In this document: positions 43,349 through 54,178 of the stretch, one piece after another
Numbering within the stretch: the first letter of the stretch is position 1
How the letters are laid out: every line of letters starts with the position of its first letter
NCBI GenBank assembly: GCA_963810965.1
Contig: CAWEPT010000012.1
Span: forward strand, 4,314 to 68,313
DNA: 64,000 nucleotides
Direction of reading: 5' to 3'
Origin: an uncultured delta proteobacterium
GTDB lineage: Bacteria; Desulfobacterota; Syntrophia; Syntrophales; UBA2192
Translations under genes and position numbers: made by a program
Notes under the pieces: model-generated
Databases searched by the model: none
Told to the model about the DNA's origin: nothing
What the model saw: only the letters and a program-made list of their open reading frames with translations

Positions 43349-44003
43349 CCGGAAGCCCCCTGATCTTGCGTGGAGCCGCCAGCTGCTCCAGGTCCTCTAT
43401 CTTCATGTCGGCGCCGATCTGCCCGTAAACCCGGTTCCATTTCCGGAACTGGTTATCCAGATCGGTGAATGCCTTCACCATCGGAAGCTTCTCCGGCCTC
43501 TCGCTATTAAGACCGCGACCGATCGACACCAGCTGTTCGTTGAGCTGAAGTTGAAGCGCCATGATCTCCTGCAGCGGCCTCTCCCACCACGATTGCTGCC
43601 CGTTGTTGAGCCCGAGGGCAAACTGCTCGTGTTTTTCCGTGAGTTGCGCAAACCCCCGATTCAGGTCCTCGTACTGGGCAGCAATTTCTTTCCATTGGAT
43701 ATCGGTTGCGATCAGCGTCTTCCGGATATCCCGCGAATGCTGCGCGAGCGTTGCCGACAGACGATAACATCCCACGAGCTGTTCCTGCTGCCGCTCGTCA
43801 CCCTGAAGCCACGCATTGCGCTGGATCTGCCGTTCTTCCTGCTGCTGATCCTGCGGCCCTTTCGTGCCGGGAGCCGAGGGGCCGATGGGTTTCGTCATCC
43901 GGTCCTTGGACGAGCTTCCCACCTGGGCCTCGACCGTCAGCACAAACAGAAACCCCAGCAGCACAAAAACCACGGTGACAAGCCCCGCCGTTGCTTTCTT
44001 CAT
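43326..44003 (-). CDS. Secreted helical hypothetical protein
   Basis: Signal peptide MKKATAGLV...VEA; Gln-rich helices. Confidence 0.65.
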   Translation of the reverse strand: MKKATAGLVTVVFVLLGFLFVLTVEAQVGSSSKDRMTKPIGPSAPGTKGPQDQQQEERQIQRNAWLQGDERQQEQLVGCYRLSATLAQHSRDIRKTLIATDIQWKEIAAQYEDLNRGFAQLTEKHEQFALGLNNGQQSWWERPLQEIMALQLQLNEQLVSIGRGLNSERPEKLPMVKAFTDLDNQFRKWNRVYGQIGADMKIEDLEQLAAPRKIRGLPGAQNPGR

Positions 44004-44964
44004 GAATCCCCGGATCCTCCTGTCGATTTCCGGCCCGACCCCATTTCCGATCCCGTTTGCATCCCCTCAACCCCGGCCATGCGTTTCGCCGGGGCAGGCG
44101 CCTGCACCGCCTGGAACCCCTGCTCGAGCAGGCTTCGGGCTTCGCGGAACCGGGCCCCGGAACTGCGCGACCCCAGCACGACGGCCACGATGCGCGTGCC
44201 GTTCTTTCTCGCCGTGACGACGAGGTGATACCCCGAACCCGCCACATGGCCTGTCTTCAGGCCGTCTACGTAATGATTCGTCTCGAGCAGGTGATTCGTG
44301 TTGCTGCGGATTCTCCGGCCATATTCGAAGACGGGCAGGGAATGCATCTCCAGCGACTGGGGAAAGCGGTTGATGTAGGCGCAGGAGAGGGTCAGGATGT
44401 CCCTGGCCGTCGTCACCTGGCCCTCTTCCCGCAGCCCGCTTGGATTGCTGAAATGGCTGCCGGTCATGCCCAGCTCCAGGGCCTTCACGTTCATTCTCCT
44501 GACGAATTCGTCCACGTCGCCGCCGAGGTATTCGGCTGCGGCGACAGAGGCATCGTTGGCCGACATGACGGCCATTCCCTTCATCAGCTCCCCCAGCGCG
44601 ATCTGCGACCCGGCCGGATCCGCATCCGGGAACCGTTCACCTGGCTGACGGTTGAGCTGACATGAACGATATCCGACGTCCGGACCTTTCCTTCGCCGAG
44701 GGCTTCGTAAATCAGGTACAGGCTCAGGATCTTGGTGAGCGATGCCGGCGCGATGGGTTCGTCGGGCTTTTTCGAGAAGAGGATCTCGCCGGTGGTCATG
44801 TTCATGACCAGGGCGGATTTCGCCGTGAGCCCTGCCTTGGCCTTGGGCTTCGGCTTTGGCTTTGTCTTCACCCTGCTGTTAGCGGCGAACAGACCATCGG
44901 GCTGTAAAAACTGAATCGCCAGGATGGCCGCAAGCAGCAGAATACTTCTTTTGAGGTGCACCAT
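44000..44964 (-). CDS. D-alanyl-D-alanine carboxypeptidase, peptidase S11 (frameshift near 44600)
   Basis: ASLTK, SAN and KTG motifs. Confidence 0.88.
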
Positions 44965-45169
44965 GCGGTTGAGCGATTTTCTCCCGTCGGTTCTCGGGGC
45001 GGAACAGGTCCTCCGGCACGGAAGCCCGCCGCCCGATCACGGGAACGATAAGGGAAAACGAAAGGTCCCGTCAAGCAAATTATCCATCGCCTCAGGGCGA
45101 TGGATCAAGTGCCTGAGTGCGTGAGTGCAGGAGTGCGGAAGTGAAAGCATCCTGTTGTTTCTTCACCGG

Positions 45170-45739
45170 TCACTGAAGGATTCCCAGGATAACCGGCTCG
45201 CTGCGCTCGGACGCCTCCGGGATCGCCTTCGGGTATCCCAGGATGATGGGGGCCACGATCTGCAGATCTCCCGTGATCCCCAGATCCTTCAGGATGGCGG
45301 AGTCCCGGAGGTGTGCTCCCAAACCGATCCAGCAGGTGCCCAGGTTCCTTGCCGCGGCGGCAAACATGAAATAACAGGCCGCCAGCGAGCAGTCCACATC
45401 CAGGCTTCCCAGCCCCGACGGGCCGCAGAGGTAGACGACGCAGGGGGCATTGTAGAAGACGTTGAACCCGGGATTGCGGAGAATGTCCTCGTAGCGCTTG
45501 ATCGGGGAGGACGGGTCGGCTTGCAGGTCCGAGAGGAGATTTCTCTTGCTCTCGTCGGAGAGCTGCCTGATCTTCTCCCGGTTCGTCACAATCGAAAACC
45601 GCCAGGGCTGTCCGTTCATGGCGCTCGGCGCCAGGCAGGTCTCCCGGATGATCTCCCGGACAAGATCCAACGGCACCTCCCTGTCCTGGAATTCCCGGAT
45701 GGAGCGCCTCTTGCGAAGAAGGGCCTGAAAGTCGTTCAT
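45170..45739 (-). CDS. Nitroreductase family protein
   Basis: RRSIREF, APSAMNGQPW, LGTCWIG. Confidence 0.9.
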   Translation of the reverse strand: MNDFQALLRKRRSIREFQDREVPLDLVREIIRETCLAPSAMNGQPWRFSIVTNREKIRQLSDESKRNLLSDLQADPSSPIKRYEDILRNPGFNVFYNAPCVVYLCGPSGLGSLDVDCSLAACYFMFAAAARNLGTCWIGLGAHLRDSAILKDLGITGDLQIVAPIILGYPKAIPEASERSEPVILGILQ

Positions 45740-46632
45740 GTCGCCGACTCCTTTTTCTCTTTCGAGCGGTTGAGCTGCCGGAGGGCAAGCATCAGGGCCT
45801 GCGTGCCCGATTTCCCATGACCCTGCGCCTTCACGGCCACGTAGAGCTGATGCACCAGGGCAAGCCCGGGCAGTGCGAGGCCCATGGCCGCTGCCTCTCT
45901 CAGGGCGATGCCCATGTCCTTGATGTAGTGCTCGACGTAGAATCCGGGCTTGAAGTCGCCCTGGACGATCCGCGGGCCCAGCGTGTTGATGCACCAGGAG
46001 CTGGCGGCCCCCTTTCCGACGATGTCGATGACGGCCTGCTCGTCGAGGCCGGCCTTTTCCGCGTAAAGAAGGGATTCACAGACCCCGATGATCGTCCCCG
46101 CAATCAGGATCTGGTTGCACATCTTCGTGTGCTGGCCGGCGCCCGGCCCGCCCATCCAGGCAATGGTTTTCCCCATGTGCTGGAGGAGAGGCAGGACCTC
46201 TTCGTAAATCTTCCGGTCGCCGCCGACCATGATGGCAAGGGTTGCGTTTCTCGCCCCCACGTCGCCGCCCGAGACGGGGGCATCGAGACTGGAGATGCCT
46301 TTTTTCAGGGCCGCCTTCGCGATTCGTCGCGCAAGGGCCGGCTCGCTGGTCGTCATATCCACGACGATGCGGCACTTGGGCTCCCCTGCAAGGATCCCCT
46401 GCGGCCCCAGGTAGGTCTCCTCCACATCGGCGGGCATGCCCACCATGGTGAATGCGACCTCCGCCTCGGCCGCCACGGCAGCAGGCGTGGGGCACCAGCG
46501 CCCTCCCCGGTCGATGAGCGGCTTCGCCTTGTCACGGGTCCGGTTGTAAAGGAAGAGCTCGTGACCTGCGAACTGCAGATGACCCGCCATCGACGCTCCC
46601 ATGATCCCTGTACCGATCCAACCGATCTTCAT
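45736..46632 (-). CDS. NAD(P)-dependent 3-hydroxyisobutyrate/tartronate-semialdehyde reductase family
   Basis: GWIGTGIMG, DAPVSGGD, GQHTKMCNQ, KDMGIA. Confidence 0.9.
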   Translation of the reverse strand: MKIGWIGTGIMGASMAGHLQFAGHELFLYNRTRDKAKPLIDRGGRWCPTPAAVAAEAEVAFTMVGMPADVEETYLGPQGILAGEPKCRIVVDMTTSEPALARRIAKAALKKGISSLDAPVSGGDVGARNATLAIMVGGDRKIYEEVLPLLQHMGKTIAWMGGPGAGQHTKMCNQILIAGTIIGVCESLLYAEKAGLDEQAVIDIVGKGAASSWCINTLGPRIVQGDFKPGFYVEHYIKDMGIALREAAAMGLALPGLALVHQLYVAVKAQGHGKSGTQALMLALRQLNRSKEKKESAT

Positions 46633-46873
46633 CGTGCTCACCTCATGAAGCTGTGATTGCGGACGGACAGCCGGACTCGCTCCGGGCGCATCATCGACAG
46701 GACCCGGAACAAACCGCGCCGTCCCATACCATAACATCTCGGAAGATTTGCCTTTTCACTTTAAGGAAAGAGAGGCGTCCCTGTCAAGTTCCTCCTTTCC
46801 AACCGAATCGTTTTAGTGTAAGGAAGGGGCCGTTGAGGCCATGCCGGCCATGATGTTTCCAAGGAGGGGACCC

Positions 46874-47234
46874 ATGCTTCGCTTCGTTCTGGCCGCCGCC
46901 GTGTTTTCCCTTTCCGCACTCGCATTGCCCGCCGGAGGCGTCAGCCCGGCCATTGCCGAGGATACGATTTTCCGCTGCGGGGCGGAGAGCGTCTCCATCG
47001 GGGACTCCCGATACACCGTGCAGAAGATCTGCGGGAAGCCGTCACGCAGCGAATCGGTCGGCCAAGACCAGCAAGGAAAAAAAACAGAAGCAGCCGAAGG
47101 GATCGACTTCAAAATCCTATTCGGGAAAAGTTCAGAAGTGGTATTACGACCGGGGCTACGGTGATTTCGTCTACGTCCTCACCTTTGAAAAAGATGTCCT
47201 GAAAAAAATCGAAAAATCGGGCCGGGGACGGTAG
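46874..47234 (+). CDS. DUF2845-like small secreted protein (frameshift)
   Basis: Signal peptide; FRCG..VSIGD....V...CGKP; KWYYDRG. Confidence 0.7.
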
Positions 47235-47327
47235 CGAAGGGAAGCTAGGGTGCAGGGTGTAGGGTCAGGGTAAGGGTGCAGGAAACAGACAGCACCAAGA
47301 ATCGACGCTGAACAGGAAGGGGTGGCG

Positions 47328-49106
47328 ATGCTGCATACCGTCGATTGGGTCATCATCGGGCTCTACTTCCTGTTGAGCACCCTCGTCGGGGTGTATTTCG
47401 CCCGCCGCGCCGGCTCGAGCATCCAGGAGTTCTTTCTCTCGGGGCGCAATCTCCCCTGGTGGCTTGCCGGCACCTCCATGGTCGCCACGACCTTTGCGGC
47501 CGACACGCCGCTGGCCGTGACGGAGCTCGTGGCGAAAAACGGCATCGCAGGCAACTGGTTCTGGTGGAATTTCGCTCTCGGCGGCGTGCTGACGGTCTTC
47601 TTCTTCGCCCGGCTGTGGCGGCGCGCAGGCATCCTCACCGACGTGGAGTTCGTCGAGTTGCGCTACTCCGGCGCGCCCGCTGCGTTTCTGCGAGGGTTTC
47701 GGGGCCTCTACCTGGGCCTCTTCATCAACACCGTCATCATCGGCTGGGTGAATCTGGCCATGGCTTCCGTCCTCGAGGGGATGTTCGGCATTCCCCCGGG
47801 CCAGGTCATGCTCTACGTGGCCCTGTCCCTCGGGATCACGGCCTTTTACTCGGCCCTCTCCGGGCTCTGGGGCGTTGCCGTCACCGACGCCTTCCAGTTT
47901 GTCCTGGCCATGGCCGGGACGATCGTCCTGGCCGTTTTCGTTCTGGACCTCCCCCAGATCGGGGGTATGGCGGGTTTGCTGGAGAAAGTGCCGTCCTGGT
48001 CGCTCTCTTTCATTCCCACGATTTCCAGCGGCAGCGCCGGCGACACGGCGGGCACGCTCACCCTGAGCGCAGCAGCCTTTTTCGCCTTCATCGGCATCCA
48101 GTGGTGGGCCTGCTGGTACCCCGGATCGGAACCCGGCGGGGGCGGTTACGTGGCCCAGCGGATGATGTCGGCCAAAGACGAGCGGCACTCTCTCTTTGCG
48201 ACCCTGTGGTTCACCGTGGCCCACTACTGCGTGCGGCCCTGGCCCTGGATCATCGTGGGGCTCGCAACCCTCGTCCTCTATCCCGAACTGGGAGCGGCCG
48301 AAAAGAGGCTGGGCTATGTCTACGCGATGCGCGACTTCCTGCCGGCGGGCGTGAAGGGCATGCTCGTGGCGGCCTTCTTTGCCGCCTACATGTCCACCAT
48401 CTCCACCCAGCTCAACTGGGGCACCTCTTACATCATCAACGACTTCTATCGTCGCTTCGTCAGGCCCGATGCCGGCGAGAAGCATCTCGTTGCCGTCTCG
48501 CGGATCGCCACGCTGGCCATGATGGCCCTTTCGCTCTATGTCACCTCGATCATGGAGACGATTTCCGGCGCCTGGGCCTTCATCATCGAGGCCGGCGCCG
48601 GGCTGGGGCTCGTCCTGATCCTGCGCTGGTTCTGGTGGCGGATCAATGCCTGGAGCGAGATTGCCGCGATGGTGGCACCCCTTGCCGTCTGCGGCTGGCT
48701 GCACTTCGCCACGGACATCCGTTTCCCGGAAACCCTCTATACCATCGTGGCGGCCACCACCGTCGCCTGGGTCCTGGTCACCTTCCTGACGAAGCCGACC
48801 GATGCACAGACGCTCGAGCGTTTCTACCGGCGCGTGCACCCGGGCGGCGCAGGCTGGGCCGCCGTGGCAAGGAGGATCCCCGATGTGAAAGGGGACAGCG
48901 GATACGGAAGGCTCCTGCGGGACTGGCTCTGCGGGGTGATCCTCGTCTATTCTGTGCTCTTCGGCGTGGGAAAGATCCTCCTGCTTCAGACGGGAGAAGG
49001 GCTGATCTTTCTTGCCGTCGCGGGGGCGGCGGCGTGGGTGATCTGGCGCGATCTGGCACAACAGGGTTCAGGGTACAGGGTTCAGGGTACAGGGAAGGAA
49101 AAATGA
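47328..49106 (+). CDS. Sodium:solute symporter family protein
   Basis: FFLSGRNLPWW, QRMMSAKD, AAYMSTIST. Confidence 0.9.
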   Translation: MLHTVDWVIIGLYFLLSTLVGVYFARRAGSSIQEFFLSGRNLPWWLAGTSMVATTFAADTPLAVTELVAKNGIAGNWFWWNFALGGVLTVFFFARLWRRAGILTDVEFVELRYSGAPAAFLRGFRGLYLGLFINTVIIGWVNLAMASVLEGMFGIPPGQVMLYVALSLGITAFYSALSGLWGVAVTDAFQFVLAMAGTIVLAVFVLDLPQIGGMAGLLEKVPSWSLSFIPTISSGSAGDTAGTLTLSAAAFFAFIGIQWWACWYPGSEPGGGGYVAQRMMSAKDERHSLFATLWFTVAHYCVRPWPWIIVGLATLVLYPELGAAEKRLGYVYAMRDFLPAGVKGMLVAAFFAAYMSTISTQLNWGTSYIINDFYRRFVRPDAGEKHLVAVSRIATLAMMALSLYVTSIMETISGAWAFIIEAGAGLGLVLILRWFWWRINAWSEIAAMVAPLAVCGWLHFATDIRFPETLYTIVAATTVAWVLVTFLTKPTDAQTLERFYRRVHPGGAGWAAVARRIPDVKGDSGYGRLLRDWLCGVILVYSVLFGVGKILLLQTGEGLIFLAVAGAAAWVIWRDLAQQGSGYRVQGTGKEK

Positions 49107-49798
49107 ACGACAGGACAAAAAGAGTGTTGTCGTTCGGGACGCATCCCGACGACATCGAGATCGGCTGCGGAGGGACGGAGGCGCTCCTTGCCGCAAAGGG
49201 ATACGAGATTACCCACGTGATCCTGACCTCCGGCGAGGCGGGCAGCGACAAGACCCCTCCCTGGGAGCTGGGACCCATTCGGGAAAAAGAAGCCATCGAG
49301 GCGGCGAAGGTGATCGGCGCGGGCAACGTGGAATTCCTCCGATACCCCGACGGGCTGACGGGCTTCACCCGTGAGATGAAGGTCGACATCATCCGCATCG
49401 TCCGGAGGCTCAAGCCGCACATCCTGTTCATCCACGAGAGAAACGAGTCGTCCCTGGGGCACCGGGTGGCGAGCGAGCTGGTCCTCGAGGCCGTGCAGGC
49501 CGGCTCCGGCCCCTGGTTCCAGGAGGCCGGCGGCGAGCCCTGGTCCCCCGAGATCATCCTGGGCTACGAGGTCTGGCACCCCCTCGGGCGCTGCGAGCTT
49601 GCCGTCGACATCTCGGCGACCCTGGAGACAAAGATCAAGGCCCTGGCCTGCCACCGCTCGCAGACGGCGGCCGTCCGCTACGACGAGGCCGTGCGGGGGC
49701 TTGCCCGCTGGCGGGGCGTCATGAGCCTCTCGGGCGGGGATGCCGAGGTGTTCGAGGTGATCAAGGTGTCACAGAATACCGTTTTAGGTTTTACGTGA
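49103..49798 (+). CDS. PIG-L/LmbE-family deacetylase
   Basis: THPDDIEIGCGG, TSGEAG, R.KEA, VDIS...KIKALACHRSQ. Confidence 0.85.
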   Translation: MNDRTKRVLSFGTHPDDIEIGCGGTEALLAAKGYEITHVILTSGEAGSDKTPPWELGPIREKEAIEAAKVIGAGNVEFLRYPDGLTGFTREMKVDIIRIVRRLKPHILFIHERNESSLGHRVASELVLEAVQAGSGPWFQEAGGEPWSPEIILGYEVWHPLGRCELAVDISATLETKIKALACHRSQTAAVRYDEAVRGLARWRGVMSLSGGDAEVFEVIKVSQNTVLGFT

Positions 49799-49840
49799 TT
49801 ACGTTTTACGTCGAACGGCGATTCGATGGGTTCAAAGAAT

Positions 49841-51044
49841 ATGAATGCAGAAAGACAAAAACGGCAGGCGGTAACGGCGAGTTGCGGGGTGGAGGGCTTG
49901 AGCCACCTCAAAACCTTTTACTCCATCCCCCACTTCCGGATCGGCGGGACCTACGACCTCGACGATCCCTCGTCCTGGGAATCGGGCGGCACGGGCGGCG
50001 TGACCCTGGAATCCCTCGGGGAGGGCCCCCTGCGCACGGCCTGCATCGCCGTCGGAACCCCTCACCGGGATGCGGACGGGCTACATCGACAACGCCGTCC
50101 TCTTCAGCCCCTTTTACTCCGGCGATGCGGGCCTCATGTACTTCTACTGGTACCGAGGCCAGGGGGCAAACGACTTCTGCGGCGGCCCCGTCGTGGGTCC
50201 CGGGGAGCTGATCGACACGGATCGCTACTACGTCATCTTCCTCGATGCCCTCGGCCTCTGGGGCGCCGGCAAGCCGAGCGACGGGCTCGGCCTCAAGTTC
50301 CCGCAATACAGCATCATGGACTGCGTCCAGGCCAACTACCGGCTGCTTCGGGACCACCTGAAGGTGAGCCGCGTGAAGCTTGCCACGGGGGCCTCCATGG
50401 GGGCCATCCAGAGCTATCTCTGGGCCCTGATGCACCCGGGGTTTGTCGAGGCCATCATGCCCATGGGAGGCGTCACGGAAACGGACGCCAACCTGCGCTG
50501 GCTCTTCCGGCTCATGTCGGCGGCCATCGAGAGCGACCCCGCATGGAGAGAGACGGGGGGCGATTACTACCACCTGCCGAAGGAGCAGCACCCGCACCGG
50601 GGCGTCATGTTCGGCTGGTCCATCCTGTTCCACTCGGCCATGAGCTTCGACCATCGCATCCAGATGGGCTGGGACGAGGTCCAGAAGGAAGCCTTTGCCT
50701 GGGATCCCCACGGGAAAGGAGGGGCTGCTCCTCGTTCCCTACGGCCGCAATTACGACGCCGTCGACCTGCTGTACCGCAATCGGGCGGGAGAATACCCTG
50801 AACGTGACGGGGGAGCTCCATCGCATCCGGGCAAGAACCCTCATCCTGCACGTGGCCAACGATCACTGGGTCCGGCTGTGCATGGCCCAGACAAGCCCAG
50901 GAGCGTATTGCCGGCGCGAGGCTCTGCTCCTTTGAACACCCCCTGGGTCACTATGCCCTCTTCCGGGCGCCAAATGAGTTCCGCGACACAATCAAAACGT
51001 TTCTCGAAGGCTCCGCACCGACAGCAACAGGGAGAGAAGCATGA
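49841..51044 (+). CDS. Alpha/beta hydrolase, homoserine O-acyltransferase-like (several indels)
   Basis: IDTDRYYVI, GASMG nucleophile, Asp in ANDHW, His in LGHY. Confidence 0.75.
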
Positions 51045-52344
51045 ACCGGGATGCCGTCACCATCTTCAACGCGGCGCTCGGCGCCGTCGATCCCTACGCC
51101 GCCGTGAAAGAACTACGTCGACCGGATCCGCACGATCTGCCGGGAGGAAGGCTTGACAAAAATCTACGTGGTCGGTCTCGGCAAGGCGGCCTATCCCATG
51201 ACCCGCGCGCTCGTTGACGCGCTGCGGGATCGTATCGCGGGAGGCGTCGTCGTCACGAAGTACGGTCACGCCCCGGATGGCCCCTTCTCGGAAAACATCA
51301 CGATTTACGAAGCGGGGCACCCCGTGCCTGACGAGAACGGCGTCGCGGGCACGATCAAGGCCGTCGAGCTGCTCAGGAAGGCGGATCGCGAAACGCTCGT
51401 CGTCTGCCTCATCTCGGGCGGAGGTTCGGCGCTTTTCGTGGCTCCCACGGAAGGTCTTTCCCTCGATGACAAACAGGTGATGACCCGCATCCTTCTCAAG
51501 GGCGGCGCCGATATCGTCGAGCTCAACACCGTACGGAAGCACCTCTCCAGGGTCAAAGCCGGCAGGCTTGCCGAGGCGGCCTCGCCCGCAAGGGTGCTCT
51601 CCCTCATCCTTTCCGATGTCATCGGGGACCCTCTCGATTTCATTGCCTCGGGTCCCACATCGCCCGACACAACGACCTGGGCCGATGCGCTCGCCATCGT
51701 CACCCGCTATGACACGGCGGGAGAAATGCCGCAGAAAATCCTGCAGCTTCTCAGAGACGGCTCGGAGGGAAGAGTCCCGGACACCCCGAAAAAAGGCAAC
51801 CCCCTCTTCGATCGCGTGGAGAACATCATTATCGGCAGCAATCGAATCGCAACGGAGGCAGCCAGAAAGAAGGCCCTGGGGCTGGGTTACGAGCCCGTTG
51901 TGCTCACGACGGAGCTGCAGGGCGAGGCGCGCGAGGCCGCGCAATGGCTCTACCGCCAGGTCCTGGAGTCGCAGTCCTGCCTCGCCTCGGGCCGCAAAAA
52001 GATCTGCCTCATCGCCGGGGGCGAAACGACGGTGACCGTGCGGGGGCAAGGGTCTCGGCGGGCGGAACACGGAAATGGCCCTTGCCTTCGCCATGGCCAT
52101 CGAGGGGACCTCGGGGATCACGTTTCTCTCGGCGGGCACCGACGGGACCGACGGCCCCACCGATGCCGCCGGCGCCGTCGCCGACGGTGAGACGATCCCG
52201 AAAGCCAGGGCCCTCGGTCTCGACCCGCAGTCCTTTCTCGACGACAACGACTCCTACCGCTTCTTCGAAAAGGCGGGCGGCCTCTTCAAGACGGGGCCCA
52301 CAGGCACCAACGTGATGGACCTGCAGATCATTCTGATCGAATAA
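51041..52344 (+). CDS. Glycerate 2-kinase, MOFRL family (indels)
   Basis: GLGKAA, AGHPVPD, ISGGGSAL, LSDVIGD, GGETTV, GTDGTDG, GPTGTNVMD. Confidence 0.9.
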
Positions 52345-52507
52345 CAGGTTCGAGGACCGAGGACGAGGCCATTAAAAATCCTCGAGCCTCGTGCCTCGAT
52401 CCTCGTTCCTCGGGCACCCTCGCCCCTCTTCCCTCACCCCTGCGCACTAGACACCCCGCCGGCCAGTTTTTTCTTGACAAAAAGCCGCGGAAACGATTTA
52501 GTGATTT

Positions 52508-52520
52508 TTGCATACAATAT
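52508..52520 (+). promoter_or_regulatory. Candidate GntR/FadR operator TTGCATACAATAT
   Basis: Near-palindrome just downstream of a TTGACA promoter; matching site at 60267-60286. Confidence 0.6.
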
Positions 52521-52556
52521 TCAATCTTTGAACCCCTGCCCCGCGGAGAAGAAGCC

Positions 52557-53321
52557 ATGAGAAAGCTGGGTACGCGCCACGAGAATCTGGATCGGAAGGT
52601 GTACCGTGAGCTCAAGTCGATGATCGTCGACCGCAAGCTCAAGCCGGGCGACAAGATCCTGCAGGAGAAGATCTCCCAGGAATTCGGCGTGAGCCGCACA
52701 CCCCTCATGTGCGCCCTGAAGAAGCTCGAGCAGGAAAAGCTCGTCCAGGCAATCCCGCGCCGGGGGTTCTACGTCCGGCGCTTCACGAAGGAAGAGGTCC
52801 TCGAGGCCTTCGAGCTGCGCGAGATCCTGGAGGGCCTTGCGGCCCGGCGCGCGGCGATGATCATCACAGCAGTCCAGGCCGAAAAGCTCCGGGCCTTCTT
52901 CCGGGACGCCGACGTCTCCGACAGCGGCCAGAGCATCAAACGCTATTCCGATGAGGACCGGCGCTTCCACAACTTCCTCATTGAGCTGGGCGGCTTCGAC
53001 CTGCTCAACGACATCCTGGAAAACTACAACATCATCGCCGTGAGCTACCGCATCGACGTCATGGAGGGCCTCGTGAGGCACCCGAGGGAAACCCTGCCCG
53101 AGCACCGGTCGCTCATCGAGGCGATCGCATCCGGCAAGCCTGACCTGGCGGAAAAACTGGCCCGGCAGCACTTCGCCCGGTCGCGGCAGCAGCTTCTGCA
53201 CGAGATGGAGCAGGAAAAAGCAAGACAGACCGGAAGGCCGGCAGCCGGCAAAACTGCGGACTTTCAAGGCGCCTCAGCAGGAACCCGGCCCATGAAGGAA
53301 AGAAACGGAGAGGGATGTTGA
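52557..53321 (+). CDS. GntR (FCD) family transcriptional regulator
   Basis: FGVSRTP HTH; D.RFH and EH motifs. Confidence 0.9.
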   Translation: MRKLGTRHENLDRKVYRELKSMIVDRKLKPGDKILQEKISQEFGVSRTPLMCALKKLEQEKLVQAIPRRGFYVRRFTKEEVLEAFELREILEGLAARRAAMIITAVQAEKLRAFFRDADVSDSGQSIKRYSDEDRRFHNFLIELGGFDLLNDILENYNIIAVSYRIDVMEGLVRHPRETLPEHRSLIEAIASGKPDLAEKLARQHFARSRQQLLHEMEQEKARQTGRPAAGKTADFQGASAGTRPMKERNGEGC

Positions 53322-54178
53322 CAGCAACAGCACGAGCCAATCGGGCACTCACCCTGGGGGAACGGGCGGCCTTCCTCACCGAGAAGGCAAAGGAAGTCCG
53401 CTCCCGCATCCTCTCCATGATCTTCAAGGCCAAGTCGGGGCACCCGGGAGGGGCCCTCTCGGCGGCCGACATCGTAACGGCCCTCTACTTCGACATCCTG
53501 CGCGTGGACCCGGCCAACCCGCGCTGGCCCGACCGGGACCGCTTCCTTCTCTCGAAGGGCCACGCCTGTCCCGTCCTTTACACCTGCCTTGCCATGAGGG
53601 GCTACTTCGCGCTGGAGCACCTGGACACGCTGAGGCAGTTCGAGAGCATCCTCCAGGGCCACCCCATCCGGAAAACTCCCGGGATCGACATGTCGACGGG
53701 CTCGCTGGGCCACGGGTTGAGCATCGGCCTCGGAATGGCCCTCGACGGGAAGCTCCGCGGAAAAGACTACACCGTCTACGTGATGCTGGGCGACGGCGAG
53801 ATCAACGAGGGTCACGTCTGGGAGGCCGCCATGGCGGCGGCGAAATACAAAACGGACAACCTCATCGCGATTGTCGACCGCAACCGCCTGCAGATGGACG
53901 GCTGCTGCGACGACATCATGCCCATGGGCGACATCGCGGCAAAGTTCAAGGCCTTCGGCTGGAAGACCTTCGAGATCGACGGCCATGACATGGCACAGAT
54001 CCTCCGGACGATCGGGAAGGCGCGCAGGGTCCGCGGCAAGCCCGCCTGCATCGTCGCCAACACGGTGAAGGGCAAAGGGGTGAGCTACATGGAGGATCGA
54101 TTCGAATGGCACGGCAAGTGCCCCGACGCGGATCAGCTCACCTGCGCCATGCAGGAGATCTGGGGGGAGGACTCATGA
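53315..54178 (+). CDS. Transketolase, N-terminal (TPP-binding) subunit
   Basis: SGHPGG, DRFLLSKGH, GSLGHG, GDGE..EG..WEA. Confidence 0.92.
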   Translation: MLTATARANRALTLGERAAFLTEKAKEVRSRILSMIFKAKSGHPGGALSAADIVTALYFDILRVDPANPRWPDRDRFLLSKGHACPVLYTCLAMRGYFALEHLDTLRQFESILQGHPIRKTPGIDMSTGSLGHGLSIGLGMALDGKLRGKDYTVYVMLGDGEINEGHVWEAAMAAAKYKTDNLIAIVDRNRLQMDGCCDDIMPMGDIAAKFKAFGWKTFEIDGHDMAQILRTIGKARRVRGKPACIVANTVKGKGVSYMEDRFEWHGKCPDADQLTCAMQEIWGEDS

